A stretch of DNA of 64,000 nucleotides, from contig JAYYUJ010000024.1 of the NCBI GenBank assembly GCA_036344075.1, positions 99,614 to 163,613 of the forward strand. The letters are read 5' to 3'. The notes beneath the pieces are model-generated. The model was not told the origin of the DNA and did not search any database. It saw only the letters and a list, made by a program, of their open reading frames with translations. Made by a program: the position numbers and the translations under genes. Every line of letters starts with the position of its first letter. Position 1 is the stretch's first letter. Origin of the DNA: Pseudomonadota bacterium. Lineage in GTDB: Bacteria; Pseudomonadota; Gammaproteobacteria; Pseudomonadales; UBA7434. This document shows, piece by piece, positions 1-10,099 of the stretch.

Positions 1-407
1 GCACCTAGTCTCAAGCCTAGCTCGGCTAATTGCTTCAGGGAGAGTTGCAGATCCCAGAGTTGGTTTAGGCCTAGAATTGTGCTAGCGGCATTTGAGCTGC
101 CACCGCCGAGACCACCACCGATAGGAATTCGTTTTTCTAGCTTAATCTCAACCCCGCTCAGTGGCCGATTCGCGTGATTTTGCAGTAATTGTGCGGCCCG
201 AATGACTAAATTATCTCTGTTATCGATATCAGGAAGGGGGTTGATCAACTTAATGTCTGTGCCATTGGTTAGTTCAAGTTCAATCTGATCGCCAAAATCG
301 AGCAGTTGAAAAGCGGTTTGTAAGTTGTGATAACCATCGCTACGTTGACCCGTAATATGCAAAAAAAGATTGATTTTAGCCGGCGCGCAGAGTGTGAGGG
401 TTTTCAT
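1..407 (-). CDS. ispE: 4-diphosphocytidyl-2-C-methyl-D-erythritol kinase, N-terminal 135 codons (3' end lies outside the window)
   Basis: Reverse translation from the ATG at 407-405 gives MKTLTLCAPAKINLFLHITGQRSDGYHNLQTAF...KRIPIGGGLGGGSSNAAS, which carries the GHMP-kinase glycine-rich motif. It is colinear with E. coli IspE by eye. The start overlaps the lolB stop (ATGA), and lolB-ispE synteny is conserved. Confidence 0.9.
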   Translation of the reverse strand, partial: MKTLTLCAPAKINLFLHITGQRSDGYHNLQTAFQLLDFGDQIELELTNGTDIKLINPLPDIDNRDNLVIRAAQLLQNHANRPLSGVEIKLEKRIPIGGGLGGGSSNAASTILGLNQLWDLQLSLKQLAELGLRLG

Positions 408-1048
408 TGTAGTTGCTCGCTACTATCGTTTAATTGCCATTGATGAATAGCTAGCCGCAATTTCATACTTTTATTTCGAGCAATAATTTTTTTCGGGAGT
501 CGATGCTGCAGATTCGGCATATACTCAGGATATTCAAGCTGCCAACCCTGCTGGGTGAAGCCTGTCTTGTCTTTGTTTCTATCGCTATCACTTAATTTGA
601 AAGGCCAATTGGGCGATGGTTGCCCCACCAGCCAAAAGTTTAAGCTGTTCAGTGGCAGAGGTAAATTCGCTTCTTCAGACAGTAGCTGCTCTGCGTTGTT
701 TGATTCAATGCGTCGATTCCCTTGAATGAAGGTTGTCAGTTGCTGCTGTTTGATGACGCGTATTGAGCCAACATTCAATGGGCCAATGAGCTGCAGCGTA
801 AAATCATCGTCTTGCTGCTGCCAAGAAAAACGCAAGACATGGGATTGTAGCAGTGTAGGCTGGTTTTGATCCGGCACTTGTAAGGCTAATTTGCCGTTGA
901 TTTGCCAATCTTTTGGCATGACGTAATGCGTTTTATCTGTGGTGGCCGGTGAATGATTGGCGAGATGCATACAGCCGCTTAAACAAAGAATAGAGACGGT
1001 CATCATTAAGCTGTTGAATAGCGAGACAGGTTTGATCGCGGGATTCAT
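404..1048 (-). CDS. lolB: Outer-membrane lipoprotein LolB
   Basis: Lipobox LCLSGC follows a hydrophobic N-terminus. Position between the TPR gene and ispE matches Pseudomonas. The longest ORF runs to 1084; I prefer the ATG at 1048 (MNPAIKPVSL...) because it gives a normal signal-peptide length. Confidence 0.75.
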   Translation of the reverse strand: MNPAIKPVSLFNSLMMTVSILCLSGCMHLANHSPATTDKTHYVMPKDWQINGKLALQVPDQNQPTLLQSHVLRFSWQQQDDDFTLQLIGPLNVGSIRVIKQQQLTTFIQGNRRIESNNAEQLLSEEANLPLPLNSLNFWLVGQPSPNWPFKLSDSDRNKDKTGFTQQGWQLEYPEYMPNLQHRLPKKIIARNKSMKLRLAIHQWQLNDSSEQLQ

Positions 1049-1083
1049 TCGTATTCTAGTGTGTCGTCGATCTATTGCTTTCA

Positions 1084-2874
1084 CTAGCGAATATCCAGTT
1101 TTTTGATAATGTCATTTGTTTGCGGCATCGGAGTATCAATTTTTTTTAATTGTCTAATTAAACGGCGAGCTTTATATTGATCTCCATTTTGCCAGTAAAC
1201 CTCGATTAAATGCGCTGCAACCTCATCGTCAGGCAATATTTCAAAGGCACGTTCGAGATTCTGAATGGCGGCATGCCAATCGCCTAAATGGTATTGTACC
1301 CAACCAAGACTATCAATGATGGCTCCATCGTTTGGCCGTAAGGTTATCGCTTGGTTGATCAGAGCCAGCGCCTCCTCAAAGCGAGAGCTGTTGTTGGTAA
1401 GCATGTAACCCAACGCATTGAGTGCTACAACATTTTGAGGATCACGATTCAAGACAAAGCGTAAATCCTTCTCAGTCGAAGTGAAGTTATTTAACCGTTC
1501 ACTGAGTAATGCGCGTTCGATACGTAGAATTAAGTTTTCAGGTAACGATATGACGGCTTGACTAAGCACTTTATAAGCCGTGCTAGTTTGGCCGTTAATC
1601 CTTAATAACTCGGCTTCTAGAGCCCAAAATTGCGCTGCCTTGTTAGGTGTTGTTTTCCGTAGCGAGGTTAAATATGCACGGGCTTTTTCGATGTTACCAT
1701 TGCTGGCCTGCAGTTTAACCAGTTGTTTTGTGGCGGGCATAAAGAAAGTGCCGTTGCCGACTTGACGGAAAAAGTGCTCCGCCTCACTTAATTCCTGTTC
1801 CTGTTGGGCGATTCTGCCTAAGTAATAATAGCTGGCATTGATATGCTGCTCGATTATTTGTAGCTGTTCAAAACTTTTTTTAGCTGCCGTTATGTTGCCA
1901 TTTTCAAATGCAATAATAGCATGCGAGTAAAGTAAACTTGCATCGCTGTTATGCGTCTCAAGTAATTGGCTGAACGCTTTCTCTGCAGCAGGTAGGTTAA
2001 ATTGCGATAAAAGCTTGGCTTGATAGTGTTGTAAGGTGAATTGAGCCCCTGTTTTTTTTATTTGCTGTCGAAGATAGTCGGCTGCTTCACTCGGGCCTTT
2101 AAGTTGATGAATTAACTCAGTTGATTTCGTGATCACCTTTGTCACTTGCTGATCATTTTTCGGCAGTTGCGTTAGCAGTTTAAGCGCTTGATCGGCTTGC
2201 TGATTTTTTTGCAGGAGTACAACAAGGCTAAAAGTGAGTTCAAAGTGCTCGGGGTGCTTTTCAACAAGGTCTTGCATGGCGTTGATCAACTGATTTAGTT
2301 GTGTTTCGCCGGCTGCCAAGTTTAATTGATTAAGACGGTTGAAGCTACCTTCATTTTCTGTCTCAAGGTATTTAGCTAAGATGGTTAGACCATGCAGGGC
2401 CTCACCTGATTGAATGAGTAAGTCAGCAAAAATATTACCGGCATTCAGCGCTTCTGGCGAAAGTTGATGCCATAGTTGTGCCGCAGATAAGGCGGCTTTT
2501 TTGTTATTGGCATAGATGGCTAATCGCGTGGCATAGGCAGCAATATCAGGATCTTGGGTCGCATAAGCTTCATGCAGGTATTTGTCAGTAGCTAAACGTA
2601 AGTTCTGATCATAGATGGCGAATTCGGCGATCAGTAAGTTGAGAAGTGTCTGTTCGTCAAAAGGCCGAATCGGTTCATCTTCAGAGCTTATGGCAGGCAC
2701 AATAAGGGCTGCGGGCGATGGTTTTTTATCCACCATTGACTCGGGCTCATTAGGCGTCATTATTGTGCTACAAGCGCTTAGGGTCATGACGAGTATCAAG
2801 CCATAAAGGCTAAACCAGGCTCGTCTGACCCATTGGTCAAATTGGGCGGAGGCTAATGAGCGATTTGTCTGCAT
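1084..2874 (-). CDS. TPR-repeat lipoprotein (PA4667-like protein upstream of lolB)
   Basis: 596 aa with signal peptide and lipobox (LSAC), then many TPR-like A/Y/L-rich helical repeats. The conserved position is divergent from hemA and upstream of lolB. Confidence 0.7.
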   Translation of the reverse strand: MQTNRSLASAQFDQWVRRAWFSLYGLILVMTLSACSTIMTPNEPESMVDKKPSPAALIVPAISSEDEPIRPFDEQTLLNLLIAEFAIYDQNLRLATDKYLHEAYATQDPDIAAYATRLAIYANNKKAALSAAQLWHQLSPEALNAGNIFADLLIQSGEALHGLTILAKYLETENEGSFNRLNQLNLAAGETQLNQLINAMQDLVEKHPEHFELTFSLVVLLQKNQQADQALKLLTQLPKNDQQVTKVITKSTELIHQLKGPSEAADYLRQQIKKTGAQFTLQHYQAKLLSQFNLPAAEKAFSQLLETHNSDASLLYSHAIIAFENGNITAAKKSFEQLQIIEQHINASYYYLGRIAQQEQELSEAEHFFRQVGNGTFFMPATKQLVKLQASNGNIEKARAYLTSLRKTTPNKAAQFWALEAELLRINGQTSTAYKVLSQAVISLPENLILRIERALLSERLNNFTSTEKDLRFVLNRDPQNVVALNALGYMLTNNSSRFEEALALINQAITLRPNDGAIIDSLGWVQYHLGDWHAAIQNLERAFEILPDDEVAAHLIEVYWQNGDQYKARRLIRQLKKIDTPMPQTNDIIKKLDIR

Positions 2875-3244
2875 AGTTTGATCTTTTTTGTCTCGGGCTT
2901 TGCTGATACTGCCCTATTTATGGTTGTCAAAGCACTTATCAAGGCCAATATTCATTTTGTAGACTGACAGCTGTCTAATGAGACAACTAAACGTCAATAA
3001 TCGCATAGAATACCCAACAATCCTAGAACTCGGTTTAAGGTATTTAAAGTATGCACATTCTGGTTTTACATTTGCTAAAATATATCCTTTATGCTGTCGA
3101 AAAGAGTGGTTTTGCAGAATTAGCAATCAATTGCAATGATGTGTACATCTCATATTGGGCAATGATCGCAATGAGTGCCACTCCGTATTTTCCCTTTGGC
3201 GGCAGTCTATTAAGTGGTTTTAGGCTTTGAGCACTGAGTAATCT

Positions 3245-4585
3245 ATGCGGCTATTGGTTATAGGTATCAATCATTCGACAGCGAGTCTTGAGCTGCGTGA
3301 GCGGCTTGCATTTACGCCTGATCAACTCGCGCCTGCATTGCGAAGCTTAAATAATCATCTAAGATCATGTGATGAGTCAGCTAATACTGAGGCGGCTAAA
3401 AGTGAAGCAGTTATTATCTCAACTTGTAACCGCACCGAGTTAGTGATGAGCACCTCATCCTCTCAGCAGTACGTACTTAGCTGGTTGATTGGTATCAAGC
3501 GAATTGATCATGATGATTTTTCTGAACACGTTTATTGTTATGAGACCGAGGATGCTCTTAAGCATTTGATTAAAGTGGCCGGCGGCTTAGATTCGATGAT
3601 TTTAGGTGAGCCTCAGATTTTTGGTCAGATGAAGTCTGCATATGCTGTGTCGCGAGGCGTCTGCGCCATTAATACCGAGTTAGAAGCTGTGTTCCAGCAT
3701 GTTTTTGCTGTGGCGAAAAAAGTTCGTAGTGATACCGCTATTGGTGAAAATCCAGTTTCAGTCGCCTATGCTGCGGTGAGTTTGGCGCAGAGGATTTTTG
3801 CTGATCTTTTATCGGTTTCGGTGTTATTGATTGGTGCCGGTGGTACGATCGAATTAGTTGCTCAACACCTGAAGCAATCCGGCGCTAAAAAATTGGTGGT
3901 AGCAAATCGCACCTTAGATCGGGCTCAAAGTCTCGCTGAGCGATTGGATGCTAAAGCTATTTTGTTGTCTGATGTGCCTGATAATTTAGCCCAGTTTGAT
4001 ATCGTTATAAGTTCTACTGCTAGTCAATTACCTGTACTAGGTAAAGGAGCTGTCGAGTCGGCTTTGAATGATCGAAAGAGACGACCTATGTTGTTGGTTG
4101 ATATTGCTGTGCCACGGGATATAGAAAAAGAAGTTGCTCAACTGTCAGATATTTATTTATACACCGTGGATGATCTGCGCGACATCATTGATCATAATTT
4201 ACGTTTGCGAGAAGCTGAAGTCGATAAGGCTGGGCAAATTATTAATCAAGGTGCCGAAGAGTTTTTGGTTTGGCAGCGGAGTCGAGATGCAACCGATTTA
4301 GTTGTTTCATATCGAGCGGCTATTCAAAACCTCCATGACGATGAATTAAACCGCGCTAAACAATTGCTTGAAAAAGGGAAATCTCCAGAGTTAGCCTTGG
4401 AGTCATTGGCCCATTCATTGATTCAAAAAATCATGCATCAGCCAACGGTTGAGATGCGTAACGCTGCAGGGGTCGACAATCAAGAGCTACTTAATGCTGC
4501 TAAAGTCTTATTCGGCCTCGATGATGAATTTGATAATAAGCGCAATGAAAAAATAGCCATCTGTCAGTCTTATGATAATGATTGA
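3245..4585 (+). CDS. hemA: Glutamyl-tRNA reductase
   Basis: MRLLVIGINHSTASLELRE, active-site region STCNRTE, NADPH-binding LIGAGGTIELV; hemA-prfA-prmC synteny. Confidence 0.95.
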   Translation: MRLLVIGINHSTASLELRERLAFTPDQLAPALRSLNNHLRSCDESANTEAAKSEAVIISTCNRTELVMSTSSSQQYVLSWLIGIKRIDHDDFSEHVYCYETEDALKHLIKVAGGLDSMILGEPQIFGQMKSAYAVSRGVCAINTELEAVFQHVFAVAKKVRSDTAIGENPVSVAYAAVSLAQRIFADLLSVSVLLIGAGGTIELVAQHLKQSGAKKLVVANRTLDRAQSLAERLDAKAILLSDVPDNLAQFDIVISSTASQLPVLGKGAVESALNDRKRRPMLLVDIAVPRDIEKEVAQLSDIYLYTVDDLRDIIDHNLRLREAEVDKAGQIINQGAEEFLVWQRSRDATDLVVSYRAAIQNLHDDELNRAKQLLEKGKSPELALESLAHSLIQKIMHQPTVEMRNAAGVDNQELLNAAKVLFGLDDEFDNKRNEKIAICQSYDND

Positions 4586-4656
4586 TTCGTAATTTAAAAA
4601 TCTTAGCCATTTCTTCGAAACAATTGATTGCTTTATAGATTAAGAGAAAGCCTTAA

Positions 4657-5742
4657 ATGAAAGAGAGTTTACTAACTAAGTTAGACGTGATCAGTGATCG
4701 GTACGGCGAATTAAGTGCTTTATTGAGTGATCAAGAGATTATCTCGGACCAAAAAAAGTTCCGTGCTTTGTCGCAGGAGTATGCTGAAATAGAGCCCGTG
4801 GTAAAGTGTTTCCAAGCTTACCGAAATGCTGAAGCCGATATTGATGAGGCAGAAAGTTTACTGAAGGATGAAGATCCTGATATGCGCGAGATGGCTTCAG
4901 AAGCTATGACGGTGGCCAAGCAGGCGATTGAGATTCTATTGGCTGATCTGCAACGACTACTATTACCGCGCGATCCCAATGATAATAATAATGTGTTTTT
5001 AGAGGTTAGGGCCGGTACTGGGGGTGATGAAGCGGCTATTTTCGCTGGCGATTTATTTCGAATGTATTGCCGTTATGCTGAGGCCCGCGGTTGGAAGGTT
5101 GAGGTGCTAAATGAGCGCGTAGGTGAGCATGGTGGCTATAAAGAAGTGATCTCTCGCGTCATTGGTCAAGAGGTTTATGGTCATTTGAAATTTGAATCTG
5201 GTGCTCATAGAGTTCAGCGAGTGCCTGAAACTGAATCGCAGGGTCGGGTGCACACATCAGCCTGTACGGTAGCGATTATGCCAGAGGCTGATGAGCTCGA
5301 AGAAATTGAAATTAATAAAACCGACTTGCGAATTGATACGTTTCGCTCATCGGGTTCTGGTGGTCAGCATGTCAATAAGACTGACTCGGCGATTCGTATT
5401 ACGCATCTTCCTTCTGGCATAGTGGTTGAATGCCAAGATGAACGCTCGCAGCATAAAAATAAAGCCAGAGCGATGTCGCTGTTACAGGCGCGATTAATGG
5501 ATTCGGCACGCAGTGAAGCCGAGCAAGCGCAAGCCAGTGAGCGAAGAAATTTAGTCGGGAGTGGTGATCGGTCCGAGCGAATTAGAACTTATAATTTTCC
5601 TCAGGGTCGCCTAACTGATCATAGAATTAATTTAACGCTTTATAAATTAAATGAAATTATTGAAGGTCAGCTAGATGAAGTGGTTCAGCCCTTAATTAAT
5701 GAATATCAAGCCGATTTGCTAGCAGAGCTTGGTGGCAGTTAG
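4657..5742 (+). CDS. prfA: Peptide chain release factor 1
   Basis: [14 protein letters not shown] (GGQ motif) and the RF1-type PET-like tripeptide region [12 protein letters not shown]. Confidence 0.95.
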   Translation: MKESLLTKLDVISDRYGELSALLSDQEIISDQKKFRALSQEYAEIEPVVKCFQAYRNAEADIDEAESLLKDEDPDMREMASEAMTVAKQAIEILLADLQRLLLPRDPNDNNNVFLEVRAGTGGDEAAIFAGDLFRMYCRYAEARGWKVEVLNERVGEHGGYKEVISRVIGQEVYGHLKFESGAHRVQRVPETESQGRVHTSACTVAIMPEADELEEIEINKTDLRIDTFRSSGSGGQHVNKTDSAIRITHLPSGIVVECQDERSQHKNKARAMSLLQARLMDSARSEAEQAQASERRNLVGSGDRSERIRTYNFPQGRLTDHRINLTLYKLNEIIEGQLDEVVQPLINEYQADLLAELGGS

Positions 5743-5803
5743 TTTTGCTATTTATCGCCACTTGTTAGTGAACAGGGCTACGCTATAATATTAGGAAGCT
5801 AAT

Positions 5804-6652
5804 GTGCGTATCGATCAGTTTATTTACCATAGCAGTCAATTAATTGAGTCTTCCAAAGTCGGTGACAGCGCCCGCCTAGACGCTGAGTTATTATTGGCAC
5901 AAGTGCTAAATAAGTCACGCAGTTATTTCTATTCTCACCCTGAATACTTGCTCAGCGAAGAGCAATTAGAAATGGCACAGTGTTTAGTTGCGTTGCGTTG
6001 TCAAGGTCGTCCGATTGCCTATTTGCAAGGCCAGAAAGAATTCTGGTCGCTGAGGTTGGCAGTGAATGAGGGTGTGCTTATACCGCGACCTGAAACTGAA
6101 ATGTTGGTCGAGTTTGCGTTACGATTAAAGTTGCCTGCCAATGCCAGTGTAGTCGATTTAGGTACTGGCAGTGGTGCCATCGCTTTGGCTTTAGCGAGCG
6201 AAAAAAAATCTTGGCAGATTACCGCCGTAGAATATCTAGATGCTGCATTAAAAGTTGCGAAGCACAATATTGAAACGGCTGCAGGAAAAGATTTTTCTAC
6301 ATTGCATTTGATTCAGGGCAATTGGTTATCAGCATTCGCCGAGCATAGTTTTGATCTTGTTATCGCCAATCCACCTTACATTGATTACCATGACCCCCAC
6401 CTTAAACGAGGTGATGTGCGATTTGAACCCTCGACAGCGCTTGTCAGCAACGAGCAGGGTTTAGCGGATATAAAGTCTATCGTCATACAATCGACTCACT
6501 GTTTGCGACCAGGTGGTTACCTCATTATTGAGCATGGCTATCAACAGTCTCAACAGGTTAAAGAAATATTCAATAACTATGATTTTATTGGTGCGCAAAA
6601 CCACCGTGATTTGTCGGATAATTTTCGTTTTGTGAGTGCAATTAAAAAGTAG
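5804..6652 (+). CDS. prmC: Release-factor glutamine N5-methyltransferase
   Basis: SAM motif VDLGTGSGAIALA and catalytic IANPPY (NPPY); GTG start; directly downstream of prfA. Confidence 0.9.
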   Translation: MRIDQFIYHSSQLIESSKVGDSARLDAELLLAQVLNKSRSYFYSHPEYLLSEEQLEMAQCLVALRCQGRPIAYLQGQKEFWSLRLAVNEGVLIPRPETEMLVEFALRLKLPANASVVDLGTGSGAIALALASEKKSWQITAVEYLDAALKVAKHNIETAAGKDFSTLHLIQGNWLSAFAEHSFDLVIANPPYIDYHDPHLKRGDVRFEPSTALVSNEQGLADIKSIVIQSTHCLRPGGYLIIEHGYQQSQQVKEIFNNYDFIGAQNHRDLSDNFRFVSAIKK

Positions 6653-6695
6653 AGCGCGAGAATTTTTGAGTGGATAGTTCTATATGATTGATTAG

Positions 6696-7130
6696 CTAGT
6701 CAATACTGGCGACATCATTGATAAATCGTTCAACCGCAGCGACTAATTCAGCTAGATTAAAGGGAGCGATGAAGACGGCATTTGCGCCACTTTGAGCAGC
6801 CATTAGAGTGATGTTGTCGGCGGTTAAATTGATTAGTTCAAGAGACTCTTTATTCATCACAGCTATGATGTATAGGCCGTGGAACTGCTCTCGGAGCTCT
6901 TCAATTAATGATAGCCCATCCATATCATTGAGCATTAAATCAACAATAACCACCTGACATTGGTGAGCAATTTCAAGGCATTTTGAAGCGTTTTTTGAAC
7001 TCTGTAAGTGATAGTCATCTGTATCAAGCACTGACTTAAGAATATGCCGTAGCTGATGATTATTGGATGCAAAGGCAAGGTTTATCGGGCTTTTACCTGA
7101 AAGAGTTTTTTCTTTTGGAATATTCATCAA
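6696..7130 (-). CDS. CheY-like receiver-domain protein with degenerate active site (pseudo-receiver)
   Basis: VVIVDLMLNDMDGLSLIEEL matches the beta3 / phospho-Asp region of receivers. The N-terminal acidic pair reads NN, the T/S position reads V/M (YIIAVMN), and the conserved Lys reads Ala (FIAPF). Confidence 0.6.
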   Translation of the reverse strand: MMNIPKEKTLSGKSPINLAFASNNHQLRHILKSVLDTDDYHLQSSKNASKCLEIAHQCQVVIVDLMLNDMDGLSLIEELREQFHGLYIIAVMNKESLELINLTADNITLMAAQSGANAVFIAPFNLAELVAAVERFINDVASID

Positions 7131-7185
7131 TTGGCCCTTTTAAATGATAGAATATTTTAAAGTGAAATGGATGGATCTACAACCT

Positions 7186-9753
7186 TCACAAACTGCTAAG
7201 TTCTTCATTTGATCGATTTTTTTGATCAGATTTTTCATCATCTCCTAATTGTTCGGTAAATCGCTCAAATAATAACTGTAAACTTATTGCGTTTGATTGA
7301 GATTCTAAAGTGACATGGCCGTGATTGTCATGGGTTAAATCAATGACGTTTTGGTTATTACTAGATTTTGTAGGTTGATCATTAGCGGAGGCCAGTATTT
7401 TCTTTAGATTAGCCGGGTCGATATTATCGCTCGGTGTGGTAACCGATAAAACTAAATATTCGCCATTTAACTCACTACCACAACTGGCGCATCTTTTATT
7501 TTCAAAGCGGCGATTCGATAAGGCTAATAATATCTCTCCAGCATCTGACGGGCTATTGCTGTTTGCGGCATTGTCGCGGGCACTGACTAGTAACTGCATC
7601 ACTAAGCGCTGAAATTGCGCTGGTGAAACCATTGCTCGGCCATAGCTATTTTCTATATCAGTATGAAATTTCAACGAGCTTGGTAAGGTCGGTTGAAGCA
7701 TCTGTACCATATCTCTAACTAACGGTTTTAGCTCTACGGCGACTAACTGTTTTTGAGAATTTGATTCAGAAGAGGCTTCTAAAACTAGCGATAAAGCTTT
7801 TTCACTGGCATTAACTACTTGGTTTAGATAGTCAATAACACGTTGCTCGCGACCTGGGTTTTTTTGAGCGATCACCATTTCAGTATAACTAATAATATTT
7901 TTTATAATCGCCTTAAAATCTTGGCCAATAGCGCCGCTGGGTTCAGGTAAGGTTTTAGAGGTTAGACTTTCAGATGTTATTTTACTTATTGATTCGTTTG
8001 AAGTTATCGGTACTGAGTCGAATGCAACCGGTTCTTCAAGAACAAAGCCAAATGATGCTATCGATTCAACCCTGTTTGCGCTATGACTTTTCATTGCAAA
8101 TTTATGCCAATGAATATTCAAGGTTTGGCCATTAATCGTATCGCTATAGGTGAATTGAGCTTCCCCACCCTCGCTGAATAACTGACTGTCATGCTGAATG
8201 ATTTTTTTAAGCGTTAAGCCAGAGAAAATTTCGTCATCACCACGACCAGCGATCACTTCTGCGCGGACATTAAAAACCTCACAAAAGGTTCTATTGACTC
8301 TCTGATAACGTCCTTCAGTATCTTTTTGACAAAAAATAACGGGTGCATCATTAATAGTATCGGTCAGCGTGTCGTGATTTTTGAGCAGTTCTTGGTAGGC
8401 CTGTCTTGCTGCGGTTGCATCAAAAGCCGTCCAAACGACTTGTCTAGAGATGCCAAGATCGCCGCGCATTTTTGTGATAAAGGTATCGAACCAACGTGTT
8501 CCATTAGTTGTTGCGTAGGCAATAGTTTGCTGATGGGTTTTACCAGTATTAAGTGTTTTGTTAATGGCTTCAACATAATTATCAAATGAATCAATGCCAA
8601 ATAGTTCGTTCAGAGTTTGTCCCTGCTGCGCTTCAGGGAAAAAGTGCGTGCTGGAACGATCACCGTTTACCGTTTTAACAATATGGCCTTTATGATCGAG
8701 AATAAGGCACATCATTGGTAGAGATTCAGTAATGTGCTGCCACTCCCTCTCTGGCATCACAGTATTGATTTTCGGAGTGATATTATCGAAACCTGAATAA
8801 GCAGGGCTACTGTTATGGTTTGCCTTTGGTTTTATATCGCCACTCATGCGGATTTGACTGCTGATGCCAATCACCCGACCCTGGCCGTTTTCTTTAATTT
8901 GAATCTCTGAAATGTGAATTGGATAGATTTGCCCTGTAGTTGATTTAATGGTGCAGTGTATTTCTTGAGTAATCGATAAGAAATTTTGAGCGCGTGTTAG
9001 CATAGTATCAAATTGCTTGGCCCCCTCCTCATCTAATAAGGCTAACCATTCTGCTATGGAAAGTATTGCGTCAGGCTCTTCAGCGATAAGGGTACTTTCA
9101 TTCTGGCTAAGATGAATACGATGACTTTCAAGATCAATACTGAGTAAGTGAAGTTGATCACTGGCGGTATTTATCGCGGTGTTCTCAATATCTTGCTTGG
9201 ATGCTTGATGCGGTTCTGAAATTATGGTTTGTTGTTTCGTCCCAGTGGTTCCTACTAGCGGTTGACTATTTGAATTATTTTTCGATTGTGGCCTATTGTT
9301 GATAGTTGAATTGATACCATCCAAATGATGGCTCATAGACTTGAAGTAGCTACTTAGGCGTTTTAGTGAAATTTCAGAACTCAATAAAAAATCTTTAACG
9401 CCAAGAGATGCACACTCTGCTAATTGATTCAGATCATCACTGAGGTATTGTTCATCCAATAGAAGGACGATGGGTTTCAAAAAATCACCCTGGTTGAGCT
9501 GTGCGAGTGTTTCTAATAAACCAGTAAATTGGCCTTTGGCACAATGTCGATCAATTAAAATTAAATCGGCCGATAGGGCGAGATGCGCCTCAGAAAAATG
9601 CGAGTTGATGACGGTTAGATCAACCCTTGCTTCATTGTAGAGAGCAAAGATATATTCGATTAATGCAACCGTGCGGGTATCATCGCTGAGCAATGCCACC
9701 TGCCGAGTTTCACTGCCATGGTTTTCACGCCTTGTTTGAGCGATTGAAGCCAT
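7186..9753 (-). CDS. Multidomain sensor protein: REC-like N-terminus, PAS-like repeats, and a histidine-kinase-like C-terminus with degenerate motifs
   Basis: N-terminus VALLSDD...LILIDRH is REC-like. Two PAS-like segments are visible (LPMMCLILDHKGHIV...; APVIFCQKDTEGRYQRVNRTFCEVF). The H-box-like stretch GAIGQDFKAIIKNIISYTEMV has Gln where the phospho-His is expected. The N-box-like stretch QLLVSARDNA lacks the Asn, and I saw no DxGxG or GxGLG boxes. Confidence 0.6.
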   Translation of the reverse strand: MASIAQTRRENHGSETRQVALLSDDTRTVALIEYIFALYNEARVDLTVINSHFSEAHLALSADLILIDRHCAKGQFTGLLETLAQLNQGDFLKPIVLLLDEQYLSDDLNQLAECASLGVKDFLLSSEISLKRLSSYFKSMSHHLDGINSTINNRPQSKNNSNSQPLVGTTGTKQQTIISEPHQASKQDIENTAINTASDQLHLLSIDLESHRIHLSQNESTLIAEEPDAILSIAEWLALLDEEGAKQFDTMLTRAQNFLSITQEIHCTIKSTTGQIYPIHISEIQIKENGQGRVIGISSQIRMSGDIKPKANHNSSPAYSGFDNITPKINTVMPEREWQHITESLPMMCLILDHKGHIVKTVNGDRSSTHFFPEAQQGQTLNELFGIDSFDNYVEAINKTLNTGKTHQQTIAYATTNGTRWFDTFITKMRGDLGISRQVVWTAFDATAARQAYQELLKNHDTLTDTINDAPVIFCQKDTEGRYQRVNRTFCEVFNVRAEVIAGRGDDEIFSGLTLKKIIQHDSQLFSEGGEAQFTYSDTINGQTLNIHWHKFAMKSHSANRVESIASFGFVLEEPVAFDSVPITSNESISKITSESLTSKTLPEPSGAIGQDFKAIIKNIISYTEMVIAQKNPGREQRVIDYLNQVVNASEKALSLVLEASSESNSQKQLVAVELKPLVRDMVQMLQPTLPSSLKFHTDIENSYGRAMVSPAQFQRLVMQLLVSARDNAANSNSPSDAGEILLALSNRRFENKRCASCGSELNGEYLVLSVTTPSDNIDPANLKKILASANDQPTKSSNNQNVIDLTHDNHGHVTLESQSNAISLQLLFERFTEQLGDDEKSDQKNRSNEELSSL

Positions 9754-10099
9754 AATAACGATCTGCTACCAATATATACAATCAAGATAGGAATTTGCCA
9801 TTCTAGCTTTTTTGTATGCTAATTGACCACCCTGACCAGCCTGATTTTTCAATAATTTAGACAATTTCTTGAAAACAAAGTAAAAAAAACCTAGATTTAC
9901 GCCTTTAGACCGCAATTTGAAGCCACATTGTCTTTAACAAAATCATATAGGGCTTTAAAGGGCGGTTAAATTGTCAATTATGAGCCATTTTAGGGAATCT
10001 TTAGAGAACAGCGGCAATATCGCATACAATGCGCGCAACATATCTCTATCACAATTTCATGAAAAACACGATGATTGTGGTTTTTGACCGTGAATTTAT

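Noticed and set aside
2914-3126. 70-aa minus-strand ORF in the hemA / TPR-gene divergent intergenic region
   Set aside because: It sits in AT-rich promoter DNA, has no SD, an odd composition and no recognisable motif. It more likely overlaps the divergent promoters.
3163-3180. TGGCAC...GC on the minus strand resembling a sigma54 -24/-12 promoter
   Set aside because: The GG and GC dinucleotides are 10 nt apart instead of the required 12, so the spacing is incompatible with RpoN promoters.
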